64,000 bases of DNA from positions 51,770,001 through 51,834,000 of the forward strand of contig CM060734.1 in the NCBI GenBank assembly GCA_030704615.1, written 5' to 3'. This DNA comes from Takakia lepidozioides (taxonomy: Eukaryota; Plantae; Bryophyta). Below the pieces are notes generated by a model. The model saw nothing but the letters and a program-made list of their open reading frames with translations, was not told the origin of the DNA and searched no databases. Positions 50,486 through 60,284 of this stretch are shown here, one piece after another. Every line of letters starts with the position of its first letter. Position 1 is the stretch's first letter. The position numbers were made by a program, and so were the translations under genes.

Positions 50486-53077
50486 TCACAGGAGCTGTGC
50501 ACGGCGACCATCCCCTGACTGCCATCCAGGCCTGTAGGATGCTGACTCCTCCCAGAAATCCAGGGTGAAGCCCATGGGGTATAACACTGCCCCACCAACG
50601 AGGACATCGTAAGAGACCGCGTCTGTCACAATGGCCTTGGCTCGCATCACTGAGCCATCTACAGGATGATCCGGCTGCAGTCTAATAGCCAACTGATGCC
50701 GTGTCATGCCGCGAGCCTGCTCTGATCCTCCCAGAGATGTCTGTATCTGGAAAGGACAAGGCTCCATATCCGCCTCCATGAGGCCCAAACCTGCAATAGC
50801 AGCTCTGCCCAACATCAGTGGCTGAGCTCCTGAGTCCAACAAGACCCGCAGTGGCCGGTACTTCTTGCCTGCCGGTCCACTCAAAGTGAAAATGCCTCCC
50901 TGGTTGTCTAACAAGACAACTCCAGGTGTCACCGTGGCGCGCTCAAAGGCTGGCCTAGCTGGCAGCTCCGTCAATCTGGCAGCTGCAACTTGCCATGGCG
51001 CAGCCGTGGCAGTCTTGACCCTCAAATCCGAGGATCCCTCTGCCACTATACCTTCCACTAACTCCGCAGAAGATGAAGTGACCTCCCCACTCTCACAGAG
51101 AGTTGCTGCTAGTCTGAACACTGCAGCTGGTCTCACCCCCGGCGTCGCAATCATGGTTGCCGAGAACAGTGGGGCTTGACACACAGAGGTGGCTGCCCCC
51201 AATAACACACCGGCTGCACTAGCCTTGGTAGCAGGTGTCAATGCTGCACGTGTAGCTCTCCCCAATGGCATAGTAACCTCCGCCTCGGTAACAGTCGGGC
51301 GAGAACTAGGTGCCATGGATGGCGTTGACACTGTCTCCGCCAAGGTGAATGACTGAGGCAGCCTCGCCTGACGGCTTGCCTCCCCACGTTGTGGATCCAA
51401 CTCCACCTCTGCACCTCGTGGCTCAGGAACTCGTGCTGCTCCTCGAGTCACGGCTGCAGCAGACTCCACCTGCTCTAGTGGTAGTGCTGCTCCGCACATG
51501 AATCCCATGCCTCCCATATCTCCTCCCTCAGGAGCAGGAGGTGGACCATCCCGCCTGGGAGCCGGTACCGCCTGAGCTATAGCCATGGCAGCGAGCCTCT
51601 GCTCTAGCTGCTGAAGCCGATTGGCCATGCCTTGGTCAACACCCTGACCTCCGCGTCCTTGGCCATGTGGAGCTTGCCCTTGGCCTGCACCTCGTGCCCG
51701 ACCACCTCGTCCTCTTTGGGCTGGTCCACCTCGCCCCCGGCCACCATTGTTCCCTTGGAACTGGCCTGGGCGCAACTCAGGATGCAAGTCATAACACTGG
51801 GCATCTACATGCCCATACTTGCCACAATGCCCACACTGCAACTGTGCAGGCTGTGCTTGTGCCGGCCTTCTGCCATTCTCTGGGCAATCTCTTTTGACAT
51901 GGGGTCCTCCACATGTCCAACATATCACCCCTGGTTGCTGTTGGCCTGCAAAAGATGCCACGGGCCTCTGCACCTGAGGTCCCCTGTAAGCTCCATGGAA
52001 CTTGGGCTGGGCAACCTTGCCCCCCTGACCACGCTGTTGGGCAGTCCCTTGTGCCTGTGGGTTGACAGTTGTGCCCCGTGCAGGCATGTCCTTGCCAAAT
52101 CCAATTGTAACAACTCGCTCCTCCACCATGTTGAGCTCAATCCGCTCAGCCAGCAGAAACACATCTGCTAATGTGGGTTGGGCTGCTTGTAACAGGGTTG
52201 CATCTCGCACCCTTCTCTTGAGCTCCTTGTCCAGAATTCCATACCAAAACTGGATTGCCTGAGCTTCAGTAACCCCTTGGGTCACACTTATCAAGCGCCT
52301 CATACGAGTGTACGCCTCTCGCAGGCTCTCACTGGGTTTGCGCTGGAAGTCTTGCAAACTTCGCAGCTTCTCTGTCCGTACACCTTGGTAGTTCCTCCGC
52401 AACTCCTGGAAGAACTCCACCACCGGGTTGAATCTAGGCACATGTGTTGTAGTCGTGGCAGGAGGAGTAGTAGCACCTTTTGAACTGGTACCACCTGCAG
52501 AAGTACCAGCACTACTTGCTCCACTACTAGTGCTGGCAGTGGGAGCTATTGGTACTGATGCAGCTACTGGTCGCGTCGTGCCTCGAGTAATGGAGACGTA
52601 GTCAGGTGACCAATACATCCTCCACTCCTCAATCTCTGCTTCATGTCCTCGCCTGAACTCGTGGTAATCGTCCATAGGCGGGCCTTCCAAATGCTGGAAC
52701 AGTCCCTTCCACGCCATGAATGGGGTGAATAGCTGTGGATTGCGCATCTGCTGCAAATCACACCAGCTGTCAAACTCCTGGATAAAGTCATCCAACTCGA
52801 TTGTGCCCACAGCTCCAGAGTACCTACGAGGCCCCTTGGTAGCTCCATACATCTCCTCCATGTCGTCCCACAACAATGGCGAATGAAAGTGCACACCTGT
52901 TGATGAAGCCTCCGAGTCTGTGTCTGACTCTACAGTAATTGAGGGTGGCGGTGAAGGTGGTCTGAACCGAATACCTCGTCTTGTGAACCCACTCTCACTG
53001 TTACTGCCTGTAGCCGTACTCCCCTCAAAACCCTTGGGTAACTCCGTAATGACACTCACAATGTGCACCTCCTCCAC
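50486..53077 (-). CDS. gag: gag-protease polyprotein
   Basis: 863-aa open frame: capsid-like region (LQDFQRKPSESLREAY), knuckles CWTCGGPHVKRDC and CGHCGKYGHVDAQC, RGG tract, protease LLDSGA...DVLVG. Confidence 0.92.
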   Translation of the reverse strand: MEEVHIVSVITELPKGFEGSTATGSNSESGFTRRGIRFRPPSPPPSITVESDTDSEASSTGVHFHSPLLWDDMEEMYGATKGPRRYSGAVGTIELDDFIQEFDSWCDLQQMRNPQLFTPFMAWKGLFQHLEGPPMDDYHEFRRGHEAEIEEWRMYWSPDYVSITRGTTRPVAASVPIAPTASTSSGASSAGTSAGGTSSKGATTPPATTTTHVPRFNPVVEFFQELRRNYQGVRTEKLRSLQDFQRKPSESLREAYTRMRRLISVTQGVTEAQAIQFWYGILDKELKRRVRDATLLQAAQPTLADVFLLAERIELNMVEERVVTIGFGKDMPARGTTVNPQAQGTAQQRGQGGKVAQPKFHGAYRGPQVQRPVASFAGQQQPGVICWTCGGPHVKRDCPENGRRPAQAQPAQLQCGHCGKYGHVDAQCYDLHPELRPGQFQGNNGGRGRGGPAQRGRGGRARGAGQGQAPHGQGRGGQGVDQGMANRLQQLEQRLAAMAIAQAVPAPRRDGPPPAPEGGDMGGMGFMCGAALPLEQVESAAAVTRGAARVPEPRGAEVELDPQRGEASRQARLPQSFTLAETVSTPSMAPSSRPTVTEAEVTMPLGRATRAALTPATKASAAGVLLGAATSVCQAPLFSATMIATPGVRPAAVFRLAATLCESGEVTSSSAELVEGIVAEGSSDLRVKTATAAPWQVAAARLTELPARPAFERATVTPGVVLLDNQGGIFTLSGPAGKKYRPLRVLLDSGAQPLMLGRAAIAGLGLMEADMEPCPFQIQTSLGGSEQARGMTRHQLAIRLQPDHPVDGSVMRAKAIVTDAVSYDVLVGGAVLYPMGFTLDFWEESASYRPGWQSGDGRRAQLL

Positions 53078-53590
53078 GTGACACTATAAGGCTCTAGTAC
53101 TAATCTAATAGTGACACGGGTGGGCACCTGTTGCAGTCTAAGGGTCATATCCCAATGGCTCAGGGCACCTGCATCCACCGCAAGAACTCCTATGGTTGGC
53201 TGGTCATCAACCCAGCCTCACCATAGAAGAAACACTGGTGGTCTTGCTGGTCATCACTCCAGCCTCACCACCGACAGCATACTCTAGGATTGACCGGTGA
53301 TCAAATCCGGCCTAATCCCTATGAAAGCAAGCGCCCACACAAAACCAACATGGCGCACAGTCAAGCATGCAGGTGTTGGGGGGGATCCAAACACAAGAAA
53401 TCAAAACATCAACACCCCCACACCAAAATCCAGCTGCAATGCTGATCCTGCAGAATATCCCAGCCCAAAACCCCGGACTGACTGGCCTCCACCAAGAGAG
53501 GCTTTGGCAACTACAAGTACAAGGTAATGAAAATAGTACAGAGATGGAGGGGAAGAATAGAAGCCCGCCCAAGCAAGATCTAATCCTGAT

Positions 53591-54340
53591 CTATGCTATC
53601 AACTTCCAGACTTCTCTCAAAGTGCCTCGCTCTGCTTGATGGTAAGGTGTAGGAGGTATATCTATGTCCAGAAACCTGCCACTAACCTTGTCCCAAGCTA
53701 CAGTAGCTCGCTCTAACCAACCCTCCTCCTCTTTCTGCCAGGTAGAGACAAAGCAACACTCTGCTATCTCCCGCTCACTGAACACTAAAGAAAACAAAGG
53801 TAGGGTCTGATAGTCTCTCAACTCGAAAGCTTTGAGACGGTTGCGGGTGTCTTCATTGCGAATGACTGCATCGCCTTCAAACAGAACAAACTTGTCCTCG
53901 CTAATGAACCCCCGCTCGTGGTTGCCTTGTGCAGAGCGTGTCCGACTGCAACACTGTCTAATTGCACAAACTTGTGCAGCTCCTGCTCCTCTGCTCCAGT
54001 ACACCACGGCCTTGTGGCTGAACACCTTGGTCCCCGAGGCTGTCTTTGGCTGTGTTCCAAGCCTAGCTTTCACCCACTTTGGTATTTCACCTACAGCTGC
54101 AGAACTGCTGGCTCCAACAGAGTTCTGACTGTTCAAGGCGATATTGAGGCCCTCAATGCCAACTACAGCAGTCTGTTGTCTACTGCTAATGCCTGACTCC
54201 CAGTATGCAATCAACTCGTCCAACTGTTCTCCACTCAAATCAGTCTGAGTTCCTTGGGAAACATAAATCGTGTCCCCTTGTGTGCACAGACTAAGAGAAG
54301 AGACCTGCCCTTCAATTACGTCCTCATTTCCCCCAGCCAT
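53591..54340 (-). CDS. Unknown 249-aa ORF upstream of gag, inside the element
   Basis: ATG-initiated, uninterrupted, same strand as gag; no recognised motif. Confidence 0.45.
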   Translation of the reverse strand: MAGGNEDVIEGQVSSLSLCTQGDTIYVSQGTQTDLSGEQLDELIAYWESGISSRQQTAVVGIEGLNIALNSQNSVGASSSAAVGEIPKWVKARLGTQPKTASGTKVFSHKAVVYWSRGAGAAQVCAIRQCCSRTRSAQGNHERGFISEDKFVLFEGDAVIRNEDTRNRLKAFELRDYQTLPLFSLVFSEREIAECCFVSTWQKEEEGWLERATVAWDKVSGRFLDIDIPPTPYHQAERGTLREVWKLIA

Positions 54341-55041
54341 GCATGGAGTACATCCACCAATTTGTCTCTCATATGGACCAGCACAGGTTCTAGAGACAGG
54401 ATTGTGGATCTTTCATGGCACACTCACACTCTAAAAATTCCATAGATTTTTAGCAGAGTCCCCAAAACAGAAACCAGGTTTAGATAGGTAGATTTCCCCT
54501 TTCTGTAGCTATCCCCCCAAAAACTGGGTCAAACAGAGTCCATTTGACAAAGATATGATGAATTTGGCTCCAAATCATTCAAATTAAATTAAAAAGGGGG
54601 GTTTTTTTTTTTTTCTTAAAGGTTTTCAAGTTTTAAAAATTCAAAGTTACACTCAAAATATCTGGTAACTGGTTCCCGGTTCCCTAAGTTCTATATGGCA
54701 TCCTAGGTTCCCTGACCACGTGACTGTTGTTCCCCTCCATTTCATTTGAGTTCAACAGCTCACCATGCTTTGGAATCCCAACCGTCTTCTACCACAAACC
54801 GTGGTGACGATGGAGTTCGTGAAGCGATCCTTCCCAGTGAACCCTCGAGAGACGAGTCCCATGTGCACTTGATATACACTCTCTTAATAGAGATCAAAAT
54901 CAGCAAGGAGACACCATTGACGACACCCAGAGATCAGAGACAAGTACTTGCGCAGTTCGGAGGCCACAGCATCCCCTCTGGACACTGAGCGGGGAATAGC
55001 TGCTACACAGCAGCTCAGTCTATCGTCAGCTCCTATACCTA

Positions 55042-55494
55042 CTAGCTTCCTGCCCCTGCCATAATCAAAGAGACAAGTGACACAACACCAGCTGGAAACA
55101 CCTTTCCTGAATTTTTGTATCGAGAGCCCATCACAAACAAGAGAAGCCTTGAAACAGCAACACCGATAGAGGACGCAAGGACAGGGTTCGAGGGCAGGTT
55201 CAGATAGACATAATAGAGGATCAGAGCTGACCCTCCCCCTGACAGCAATGACTTGCTGCTCCCAGATTTTGCAAATCCGATCACTCCTCCCAGACCAACA
55301 AGGACTGCATACGCCAAGGTCAGCTTCTGCGACATAGACAGCTTCATCTTTCCGTCACCACTTCCCTCTTCCTGTCCTCCCTCACCACCGTTCCCGTTGC
55401 CTCCATTGCCCGACACTTGGGTTACATGCTCAGCCAGACCTTCAAAAAAACCTGGCCCAAAATTCACTGGCTGCTCGGACACTGGCATGACCAA
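55042..55494 (-). pseudogene. Captured TMEM14/FATTY ACID EXPORT (plastid FAX2-like) sequence with divergent C-terminal end
   Basis: Gly-rich linker then LSMSQKLTLAYAVLVGLGGVIGFAKSGSSKSLL..GSRY..SGKVFPAGVVSLVS, typical of the plant FAX/Tmemb_14 domain; no introns. Confidence 0.85.
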
Positions 55495-55973
55495 ACCTCT
55501 TTAACTCCAATCAGCCTGCTGCTGAGTTACGATCTCATCACCAAGCAAAATCTATCCCAATGCCCAGTTGAGCTGCCAGTCTCGCATTCACTTTCCCCAC
55601 CAAGGCAGCTGCAGTACACTGACTGTCTTAGCTCCCTCCATGACAACCTCCCGCATTTGGGCAAGTTCAGCTTCACGGACCTCCCAGCGACTTAGCAGCT
55701 GCTTCAGGTCATGGTCCTAGCTAGCGCATGCTGGGCTGCAACCAGTTGCAGATCCTTATCGTGTAGAAACCCCTTCACTGCTCTCTTTCCATCTCCTGAC
55801 GCCATGCTCCATCCTCCAGCCACTTCACTTGTTTCAGGCACCCAGGTCCCTATGGGCAGGTCACATGCTCCGGCAACAGGAGTGCTCTCAAGCGGACATT
55901 GAGCGCCCTCCACTGACTCAGTTGAGTGTGCAAACCTTTCTGCTCATGCAGTTCCAGCAGTCAATACTCACTC

Positions 55974-56465
55974 CTAGTGATGATGATGTTCATGCCCTAG
56001 AAGACCACCCTCTCCTATCACCTTCAACTGAAAGACTTGGCTGCAGTCTGAGCATTCATACTGTTTGTCCTTCTCCAGCTTGAACCATGTCACATCATGC
56101 TCATCCTCACCAACACCTCCTGAGCACCCAACTATCCGCTCATCATAGTGTGACTCCACAATTGCAGGGGCATCCTTGGTTCCAAAGGGACCACGAGGCG
56201 GATCCAGATCAAAGCGCTTCCCACCCGAGCGCTCCGCTTCCAACTCCTCCAGCTCAACTCCTGTTGCAATTCCAAAATCGCCCGAGCTGCCTCCTGCACT
56301 TGCCAAATCACGACTACGATGCAGCCACCGCGCATATGAGAGACCCCGATGTTCTGATTGCTCCGCTTGCGGTTGCGGGTTACACAGCAATGTCGGTGGA
56401 GGCACACATGGTACACGCCTGGATGCAACCAACCGTGAGAGCCTGCATCCAGCCGTCCTCAACAT
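55974..56465 (-). CDS. COX5B: Captured intronless cytochrome c oxidase subunit 5b copy
   Basis: IATG.E.EELEA, GPFGTKDAPAIVESHYDERIVGC.GG.GEDEHDV.WF.LEK..ECSDCSQ.F.L, His-rich end; Arg-rich presequence-like N-terminus from ATG 56465; single open frame. Confidence 0.92.
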   Translation of the reverse strand: MLRTAGCRLSRLVASRRVPCVPPPTLLCNPQPQAEQSEHRGLSYARWLHRSRDLASAGGSSGDFGIATGVELEELEAERSGGKRFDLDPPRGPFGTKDAPAIVESHYDERIVGCSGGVGEDEHDVTWFKLEKDKQYECSDCSQVFQLKVIGEGGLLGHEHHHH

Positions 56466-56782
56466 AGCGCCCCACTCCCTCTGGGCCTTGCCATCACACC
56501 ACCAGCTGCCATCGACATATCCTCCGCAGACGGCGACGCCCTTACAGTGGAAGCACACCTCGCCAATGCCAACAGAAATATGGGCAGACCACCATTACTC
56601 TCTCTTCTACCACACCATTGCGACTGGAGATGTGAGACGAACTCAAGCTAGAGCCGTTCTATGCTCCTTGCTTGAGCTGCGTACAAGACCATGACCATCT
56701 ATATTATAATAGTGCTTAAAAAAACAAAAACATCATATCTAGCTTAGCACTGGAAAACTAGATAGTGCTCATCTCTCTCGAG

Positions 56783-57132
56783 TGATAAGAAAGCTAAGGA
56801 CACTGTTGACACAAAACATATGAAATGCATCGCTATCACTCTTTATAATAGAAGTCGAGCCAGGGGCACCCCAAGCTATGGGGACTCCACCCCACAACAA
56901 CCTACACTCCCATCATGAGTACACTCAGATCTAAACGCATGCAGGAGCTCGGTCGCGCAGGCTCAACTCGAGAGAGATGAACTGCGCGACTGCCGCTCTC
57001 GTGAAGATAAGACGGACCAGGTGTCAAACTAAACTTGACACCTGATTTAACACTTGACCTAAATCCAAGTGTTAAATACAAATAACAAGTTTTATGCTAG
57101 CTGTTTTCACACTGTGCTTATTTAACTTGACA
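56783..57132 (-). repeat. 5' terminal repeat A1 (TG...CA on the coding strand)
   Basis: Coding strand reads TGTCAAG...CTTATCA; copy of 45054-45398. Confidence 0.95.
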
Positions 57133-57489
57133 ATAGGAATAGAGCCAGATATAGAATGAGGATGGAAAGAGTAGATGAAGAGGTAAAGGAGGAAGAAGAG
57201 GGCAAAGAGGAAAGTCTGGTGATGGAAGAGCAGGATTCTGGAGAAGAACAGCAGCCCGCCATACTTCCAAGAACTAGTGAGGAGGAGACTGCATCCGAGG
57301 GAGAGACGGACGCCGAAGATGATGTTGATGTTGGCCTCACAAAGAAGCAGATAGTGGGAAAGAGGATGGGGGAGATGCTCCAGAACATGCTCGGCGTAGA
57401 GAGCAGTCCGAAGCGCAAAGGATCTCCGGCGATTGGGAAGTCTTCTGGAGCACCCAAGAAAAAGGTACAAGTGATGGCCAAACCTACTT

Positions 57490-60170
57490 GGAAGCTCAAA
57501 CAGAGTGTGGCAACGCACACTGTTTGAGACCCACATTTGTGCTTCATTTTTTATGTCAAAATCGGCCACTTTGGGCCTCTCTGTCTGGTTCAATTCACCA
57601 CAGACTGGAATGTCAATCAGTGTGCGACAACGCACACAGTTTCAGACCCCACTTGTGCTTGTTTTTTTTATATGAAAATTGCCTACACATGGCATCTCTC
57701 TCTGGTTCAATCGACCCGTATTAAGAAGCACAAACAGTGTGCGCCAACGCCGGCCGCTTGAGCCCCAACTTTGTGCTTGTTTTTTTATACCCAAATCGGC
57801 CCCAAAACGGGCATGTCTGTCTGGTTCAATCCTCCACTATTTGGAAGCTCAAACAGTGTGCGGCAACGCACACTGTTTGAGCCCCCACTTGACATTATGT
57901 TCTCATGTTAAAATCGGCCACAAAGGGCATCTCTGTCAGGTTCAATCCAAACTTACCTGGCAGCTCAAACAGTGTGCGTCAACGCACACTGTTTTAGCCC
58001 CCCTTTTGCCTTGGTTTTTGGTGTGGAAATCGTGCACACAGGGCCACTCAGGCAAGTTGAATCCACACTTACCTGGAAGCTCAAACAGTGTGCGTCAACG
58101 TACACTGTTTGAGCCCCCCTTCTCATTGTTTGTTTCATGTCCAAATCTGCAATCTTAGGGCATTTGTTCTGAGGTTCAACCACAATTACCTGGCAGCTCA
58201 AACAGTGTGCGTCAACGCACACTATTTGAGCCCCCCATCTCGTTGTGTAATTCATGTAAAATCGACCACAAATGGCATTTTGGACAGGCTGAATCCACAC
58301 TTAAGTGGGAGCTCAAACAGTGTGTGTCAACGCACACTGTTTGAGCCCCCTTCTTTTTGTTTGTTTCATGTTAAAATCGGCCACATAGGGCATGTCTTTT
58401 GAGGTACAACCACAATTAGCTGGCAGCTCAAACAGTGTGCATCAACGCACACTGTTTGAGCCCCCCTTCTCATTGTGTGTTTCAAGTTAAAATCGGCCAA
58501 ATAGGGCATCTCTTTTGAGGTTCAACCACAATATCCTCGCAGCTCAAACAGTGTGGGTCAACGCACACTGTTTGAGCCCCCCTTCTCGTTGTTTAATTCA
58601 TGTAAAGGTCGGCCACATATGCCATCTCTGACAGACTGAATCCACATTTAAGTGGCAGCTCAAACAGTGTGCGTCAACGCACACTGTTTGAGCCCCCCTT
58701 TGCCTTGTTTTTTGGTGTGGAAATCTTGCACAAAGGGCCACTCTGCCATGTTCAATCCACCCTTTATTGTGCGGGAACGCAAACTATTTCGTGCACACAG
58801 GGGCCTCTCTGTAAGGTTCATTCCACCACTATTGGGAAGCTCAAACTGTGTGCCCCCTTCAGTGCCTGTTTTTTTATTTGAAAATCGGCCACTCATAGCT
58901 ATGATAAGTTCAAATCACCCCTTATTGGAAGCTCAGACAGTGTGCATTGACGCACACTGTTTGAGCATCCTTTTTTGCTTGTTTTTTTCATGTGAAAATC
59001 GTGCATACAGGGGCCTCTATGTAAGGTTCATTCCACACCTCTTTGGAAGCTCAAACAGTGTGCGGCAACGCACACTGTTTGAACCCCCATTTTGCCCTGC
59101 TTTTTGCCTTGTTTTTCTTGTTCAAAACAGCCACAAATGGCATCTCTGTCAGGCTCAATCCACACTTACGTGGCAGCTCAAACAGTGTGCGTTGACGCAC
59201 ACTGTTTGAGCCCCCCCTTGTCATTGTTTTTTTCATGTGAAAATCGTGTGCACAAGGGCCTCTCTGTAATGTTCATTCCACCCCTATTTGGAAGCTCAAA
59301 CAGTGTGCGGCATCGCACACTGTTTGAGACCTCATTTTGCCTTGTTTATTGCCTTGTTTTTCTTGTTCAAAACGGCCACAAATGGCCTCTCTGTCAGGCT
59401 CAATCCACACTTACGTGGCAGCTCAAACAGTGTGCGTTGACGCACACTGTTTGAGCCCCCCTTGTCATTGTTTTTTTCATGTGAAAATCTTGCACACAAG
59501 GGCCTCTCTGTAATGTTCATTCCACCCCTATTTGGAAGCTCAAACAGTGTGCGACAATGCACACTGTTTGAGCCCCCATTTTCCCTTGTTTTTCTTTTTC
59601 ATAACGGCCAGAAATGGCATCTCTGTCAGGTTCAATCCACATTTACGTGGCAGCTGAAACAGTGTGCATTGACGCACATTGTTTGAGCCCCCCTTGTCAT
59701 TGTTTTCTCATTTGGGAATCGTGCACACAGGGGCCACTGTTTGTGCCCCCTTCACTGCCTGTTTTTTGATTTAAAAATCGTCAGAATAGGGCCACTATGC
59801 CATGTTCAAACCACCCCTTGGAAACTCAAATGTTTTGGGCCCCATCTCTGTTTGTTTTTTTAATGTGAAATTGGGCGAAACACGGCCAGTATGGATGCTC
59901 AAAACACCCATAGTTGGAAGAACGAACAGTGTGTGGCCCCCTCTCTGCATGTTTTTTTATGTGGAAATGTGTCACATAGGGCCTAATGTCATGTTGAAAA
60001 CACCTCTATTTGGAAGCTCAAGCAGTGTGCGGCAACGCACACTGTCTGTTCCCCACTCTCTGCCTGATTTTAGATTTGAAAATAGACCACTCATGGCCAG
60101 TGTGCCATGTTCAAATCACCCATTATTGGAAGCTCAAACAGTGTACGGCAACGCACACTGTTTTTGGCCC
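57490..60170. repeat. Tandem array (~115-125 bp period, ~20 full units plus partials) with 36-bp palindrome GCTCAAACAGTGTGCG-NNNN-CGCACACTGTTTGAGC
   Basis: Cores at ~57494, 57611, 57728, 57847, 57963, 58079, 58196, 58311, 58426, 58542, 58657, 58931, 59049, 59176, 59294, 59421, 59538, 59653, 60016, 60132. Confidence 0.97.
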
Positions 60171-60284
60171 GCACAATGCTTGTTTTCTCATGTGAAATGG
60201 GCCAAATCGGGCCTACCTGCCATGCTCTAAACACCATCTGTTCTTGCATCTCTCATATATCAGTTTGAATGAACAACCGTGTAG

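Larger units (their letters stand above)
44987..57132 (-). mobile_element. Gypsy-type retroelement with split direct repeats, C5 DNA methyltransferase, PHD finger and captured host cDNAs
   Basis: Ends TGTC/GACA flanked by 4-bp TSD ATAG (44983-44986, 57133-57136). ~345-bp repeat at 45054-45398 and 56785-57132; ~72-bp repeat at 44987-45057 and 45401-45475. gag-PR-MT-RT-RH-INT-PHD on the minus strand. Confidence 0.93.

Noticed and set aside
55042-56558. COX5b and FAX as resident host genes
   Set aside because: Both lie between the 5' repeat and gag inside the TSD-bounded element and lack introns.
44987-57132. DIRS/PAT tyrosine-recombinase element
   Set aside because: Despite split repeats and an MTase, no YR motifs were seen. 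It has a protease, DDE integrase and TSD, and the MTase is C5-type.
57490-60170. CRISPR array
   Set aside because: Repeat length and palindromy fit, but linkers are ~80 bp and homologous to each other, there are no cas genes, and the context is eukaryotic.
57488-60230. Cys/His-rich ORFs over the array (AQTVCVNAHCL etc.)
   Set aside because: They are translations of the repeat in several frames on both strands with frequent stops; no evidence of coding.
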